Source: an uncultured cyanobacterium
Lineage (GTDB): Bacteria > Cyanobacteriota > Cyanobacteriia > Cyanobacteriales > Nostocaceae
NCBI GenBank assembly: GCA_963740315.1
Contig: CAVUDP010000002.1
Location: 512,001-576,000 of the forward strand
Length of the DNA stretch: 64,000 nt
Reading direction: 5' to 3'
The stretch's first letter is position 1; every line of letters begins with the position of its first letter. The position numbers and the translations under genes were made by a program. Shown here piece after piece: positions 60,532 through 64,000 of the stretch. Below the pieces are notes generated by a model. That model was given only the letters and a program-made list of their open reading frames with translations. It had not been told where the DNA came from and ran no database searches.

Positions 60532-62073
60532 TCACTGTTCATAGTCATTCCCAGAACCATATTTCCAACCATCAACCCAACGATGCCAATAATATTGATA
60601 GTTGTTTGGGATATTTTTCACCCACGGTTCTAACATTAGACTGACATTGAATAAAATAGAATAAACACCTAAGTTAATAAAATGCCACATCCAATCTAGT
60701 AAAGTTATCAAACCAACTTGGGGAATAATTTTGATAATTAAACCTGGATTAGCTAAACTTGTTTGAAAAAGCGTTTTTGTTAAACCGGAAAACTGCACCA
60801 CATCCTGTAAAAATGGTTTGAGTACTGGTTCTCCTAACTTTTCCATTTGAGCAAATACAACTGATAACAACTCATTTATTTGATTTGGCTCAATTTTTTG
60901 ATTTACACCGACGCTCATCGCTTTTTGAAATAACCAAGTAACTGTTAAACTCGGTTGATATGGTTGCAATAATGACAGCGATGCAGATGATAATCGATCG
61001 GTTTGCAAAGCTTCATCAACACCCAAAGTTAAACGCTTGAGATTTCGGATCATGGCACCAAAACCACCGAAACTTAAAGGTGATTGATTTCCGCTGCTAT
61101 CACCTACAGGTAAAATACGAGAAAATGGTGTTTTTAAAGGACTTCGACGATAAGAAGGGAAGAAACCAAACAGCGCTCGTTTAAAGTCAAGTTGCTCTAA
61201 TTCCACACCTTGATATTCTGGCATCAAGCGCAGATATTCTTCAAAAAATGCTTCTAAACCGATACGATCCGGATCTGCATCCATATAGGTAAACATATAA
61301 GTTGTTCTACCGTCTTTTGCTGGAAAAGCTTCCCAAAAATACTGACATTGGTTTTTAATTTCAGTAAACGATAACAACAAGTCACCAGTTTCGTTTTCCG
61401 GAAAACCTGAAGCACAAGTTCCCACTACCATACACAACGCATCTGGTTTGACTCCCTGACGTATCTGTTGGGTAATGGGAGAAAAGTTTCCCATCGCGTC
61501 AATTAACAATCTGCTTTTTAACTGGTTGTTTACCATCACCCCATCGGGATGTACTACCGCTTCGCTAAAAGGTGTATTTTCAAACAGCTTTCCTCCTCTT
61601 TCCAGAAATCGCTGCTTCAATGTTTCGAGTAAATAAACTGGATATACACCGATATTGAGAACATTTTCCACCCAAACTTCCGTACCCGCAGTAAAACTTA
61701 CTCTGGCTGGATTATATTCCGTTGCGATCGCTTTATCTAACTCTTCAGAGGTAAGTAAATCTAATTCTAAAAGTACTTGTAATTCGTTACGAGATATGTT
61801 CCATTCTTGTTCTCTACCTCGCAAAATTCCTCTTTCAATTAAGGCGACTTTTACGCCCCGTGAAACTAGGGCACAACCAATTAAAATACCTAAAGTACCG
61901 CCAGAAATAACAACATCCCAATCTACATTACCTAAAGGTTGTTGAGTTTCTTTAACAACCATCGGTACGGGTGAATTTCCCGATTTGATGGATGTCAATA
62001 TGCGATCGGCGCGACGCAATCCCCCGAAAACATCGCCTGGTAATTGTGAGAGAATTTCTTGTGTTAAAGACAT
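60532..62073 (-). CDS. cruP: FAD-dependent CruA/CruP-family lycopene cyclase-like oxidoreductase
   Basis: SGGTLG, GREQEWNISR.EL, DAMG.FSPI, QYFWEAFP, QSPLSFGGFG, W.YGSG.DY; about 510 aa, which fits CruP rather than CruA. Confidence 0.75.
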   Translation of the reverse strand: MSLTQEILSQLPGDVFGGLRRADRILTSIKSGNSPVPMVVKETQQPLGNVDWDVVISGGTLGILIGCALVSRGVKVALIERGILRGREQEWNISRNELQVLLELDLLTSEELDKAIATEYNPARVSFTAGTEVWVENVLNIGVYPVYLLETLKQRFLERGGKLFENTPFSEAVVHPDGVMVNNQLKSRLLIDAMGNFSPITQQIRQGVKPDALCMVVGTCASGFPENETGDLLLSFTEIKNQCQYFWEAFPAKDGRTTYMFTYMDADPDRIGLEAFFEEYLRLMPEYQGVELEQLDFKRALFGFFPSYRRSPLKTPFSRILPVGDSSGNQSPLSFGGFGAMIRNLKRLTLGVDEALQTDRLSSASLSLLQPYQPSLTVTWLFQKAMSVGVNQKIEPNQINELLSVVFAQMEKLGEPVLKPFLQDVVQFSGLTKTLFQTSLANPGLIIKIIPQVGLITLLDWMWHFINLGVYSILFNVSLMLEPWVKNIPNNYQYYWHRWVDGWKYGSGNDYEQ

Positions 62074-62563
62074 AGTTATGATTACCGCGAATTTATCAAA
62101 GCTGTATATATTTAATTTTCTTACTTTTTACGATCGTGCGAAAAAAACATCATATTAATTTCGGTTATCTATGTAAATTAGATAAATATTTGCTTTAGTT
62201 GGTATTGATTTTAACCGCGAAAATTGACCCCGAATTCACAGGACGTATAATTATTGTAAAATGTCAGTCAATATACGGATAAATAAAATTTTTCCAAATA
62301 TTATTCAAACTATAAAGTGCTAAAGTCAGTTATTAAAGGGTTTTGAGATGTTTATTAAGCCGTATTTTTACGAACAGTATCCTACAATCTACTTTAAAAA
62401 AAATTGATTATTCGCGATCGCAGGTAAAGAAACAGTGAAGTTATCCGGAAAAAGGTGTGATAAAAAACAAAAGAGATTATTGTAAAAAGCGAACCACTTA
62501 CAAGCAAAAGTTAGCACTTTGATGTATATCTAAATATTATTTAAGCGACCACTTTTGATATTT

Positions 62564-63874
62564 ATGAAAATAGCATTTATCGTAGACAGATTTCCGGTTT
62601 TATCAGAAACATTCATTATCAATCAAATTACAGGGTTGATCGATCGCGGGCATGAAGTACATATTTATGGAAAGCAGACTGATGAGAATAAGCTGCATCC
62701 AGATGTCGAAAAGTATAAATTAATTGAACGCACGCGCTATTTACCTGAAATTCCGCAAAATTACTTGTGGCGTTTATTTCACGTACTTTATTTGTTTGTG
62801 AAAAACTTTTCTCAAGCACCGGGCGTGTTACTGCGTTCTCTGAATATTTTTAAGTATGGTAAACGAGCAGCTTGTTTAAGATTGTTTTACTCAAGTTTAC
62901 CTTTTTTAAACGCACCTAAATACGATATTATTCACTGTCAATTTGGCAGACAAGCAGTTTGTAAATTTGGTCCTTACAGTTATGAAGGCGTTGCGCTGCG
63001 GGATATTGGTGCAGTCAAAGGAAAGTTAATTACGACTTTTCGCGGCTACGATATCAGTTGGTACGTACAAGAGTATGGTGAAAATGTCTACGATGAGTTA
63101 TTTGAAAAAGGAGACTTTTTCTATGCCAATTGCGAATTTTTTAGACGGCGAGCAATTGAACTCGGATGCGATGCAAATAAAATAGTCGTTCACGGTTCTG
63201 GTATAGATTGCAGTCGGTTTAAATTTAAAGCTCGATATCCCGATCGTTCCGGCTTAATTCGGATTGCGACAACAGGACGTTTAACTGAAAAGAAAGGCAT
63301 AGAATACGCGATTCGTGCGGTAGCTGAAGTTGCAAAAGTTCATCCCAATATTGAATTTAATATTATTGGCGATGGAGAATTAAAAGAGCATTTTGTGCAA
63401 ATAATTCATGAATTAAATATTGGCGATAAAGTCGATCTCAAAGGATGGAAAAATCAAAAAGAAATTATATCTATTCTTGATGAAAGTCACATCTTTGTAG
63501 CACCAAGCGTTACTGCAAGTGACGGTAATCAAGATGCTCCAGTTAATACTTTGAAAGAGGCAATGGCTATGGGTTTACCAGTTATTGGCACCCTCCACGG
63601 CGGTATTCCCGAATTAGTTGTAGATGGTATTTCTGGATTTTTAGTTCCTGAAAGAGATGAAAAAGCTATTGCACAGAAATTAATTTATTTAATACAGCAT
63701 CCTGAAATCTGGCAACAAATGGGTTTATACGGTCGCCAACAAGTGGAAACGCAATATGATATCAACAAACTAAACTCCGAGTTAGTGGAAATTTATCAAC
63801 AGGTATCGGGTAACAATTTGGATTTATCTGAAGAAAAAACGCTTGTTTCTTCTGTAAGTCCCAAATACATATAG
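62564..63874 (+). CDS. GT4 glycosyltransferase (WcaL/AmsK-like)
   Basis: FPVLSETFI..QI.GL, TFRGYDI, GRL.EKKG, PVNTLKEAMAMGLPV, HGGIPEL. Confidence 0.9.
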   Translation: MKIAFIVDRFPVLSETFIINQITGLIDRGHEVHIYGKQTDENKLHPDVEKYKLIERTRYLPEIPQNYLWRLFHVLYLFVKNFSQAPGVLLRSLNIFKYGKRAACLRLFYSSLPFLNAPKYDIIHCQFGRQAVCKFGPYSYEGVALRDIGAVKGKLITTFRGYDISWYVQEYGENVYDELFEKGDFFYANCEFFRRRAIELGCDANKIVVHGSGIDCSRFKFKARYPDRSGLIRIATTGRLTEKKGIEYAIRAVAEVAKVHPNIEFNIIGDGELKEHFVQIIHELNIGDKVDLKGWKNQKEIISILDESHIFVAPSVTASDGNQDAPVNTLKEAMAMGLPVIGTLHGGIPELVVDGISGFLVPERDEKAIAQKLIYLIQHPEIWQQMGLYGRQQVETQYDINKLNSELVEIYQQVSGNNLDLSEEKTLVSSVSPKYI

Positions 63875-63894
63875 ATATAAAAGTAGAGGATTAA

Positions 63895-64000
63895 ATGAAC
63901 TCCAAACCAGAAGTAACTATTATAGTCGCACCACGAGAACGTTTTAGCTATACTCGTGAATCTTTAGAAAGCATTTACGAGCATACACAGTTACCGTTCA
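63895..64000 (+). CDS. GT2 glycosyltransferase, 5' fragment
   Basis: MNSKPEVTIIVAPRERFSYTRESLESIYEHTQLPF, preceded by a GAGGA RBS; truncated by the window end. Confidence 0.7.
   Translation, partial: MNSKPEVTIIVAPRERFSYTRESLESIYEHTQLPF

Noticed and set aside
1..64000. tRNA, rRNA, intact IS transposase, integrase or prophage genes
   Set aside because: No cloverleaf/T-loop signatures, rRNA-like tracts or DDE/HUH/tyrosine-recombinase ORFs were recognised; a short RNA gene could still have been missed by eye.

Overview
This window is an AT-rich chromosomal segment from a filamentous, probably heterocystous (Nostocales; Rivularia/Calothrix-like) cyanobacterium. Support for that: frequent HIP1 octamers (GCGATCGC), STRR-type 7-9-mer tandem repeats, psaM, mgdA, ebsA, a cyaB2-type adenylate cyclase and a CAAD-bearing ValRS. 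Most of it is housekeeping genes (recN, dnaX, valS, serC, yajQ, ampG/MurK-like, cruP-like) interleaved with accessory genes (Uma2 nucleases, a VapBC-like pair, an HNH pair, kinases, TPR/CHAT, pentapeptide proteins). The best candidate for an undescribed system is a tightly spaced minus-strand four-gene cluster at 41210-46653: GNAT-PIN-(GNAT)-PUA-like protein, ASCH protein, McrB, McrC. It suggests an acetylation writer/reader module coupled to a modification-dependent restriction enzyme. Other notable items: (1) dnaX is split by a -1 frameshift in its Pro-rich linker. (2) A TPR-CHAT protein lacks the catalytic His and sits next to a stand-alone copy of its N-terminal domain. (3) Three very small hairpin elements are inserted in-frame inside genes: two into HIP1 sites, and one of a 42-nt family that shows covariation. 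(4) A REPIN-like element is expanded into a 167-bp x2 plus 61-bp x5 array. (5) There is a candidate structured sRNA at about 30.6-30.7 kb. No rRNA, tRNA, CRISPR array or intact transposase was seen. All family assignments come from motif recognition by eye; no database searches were run.
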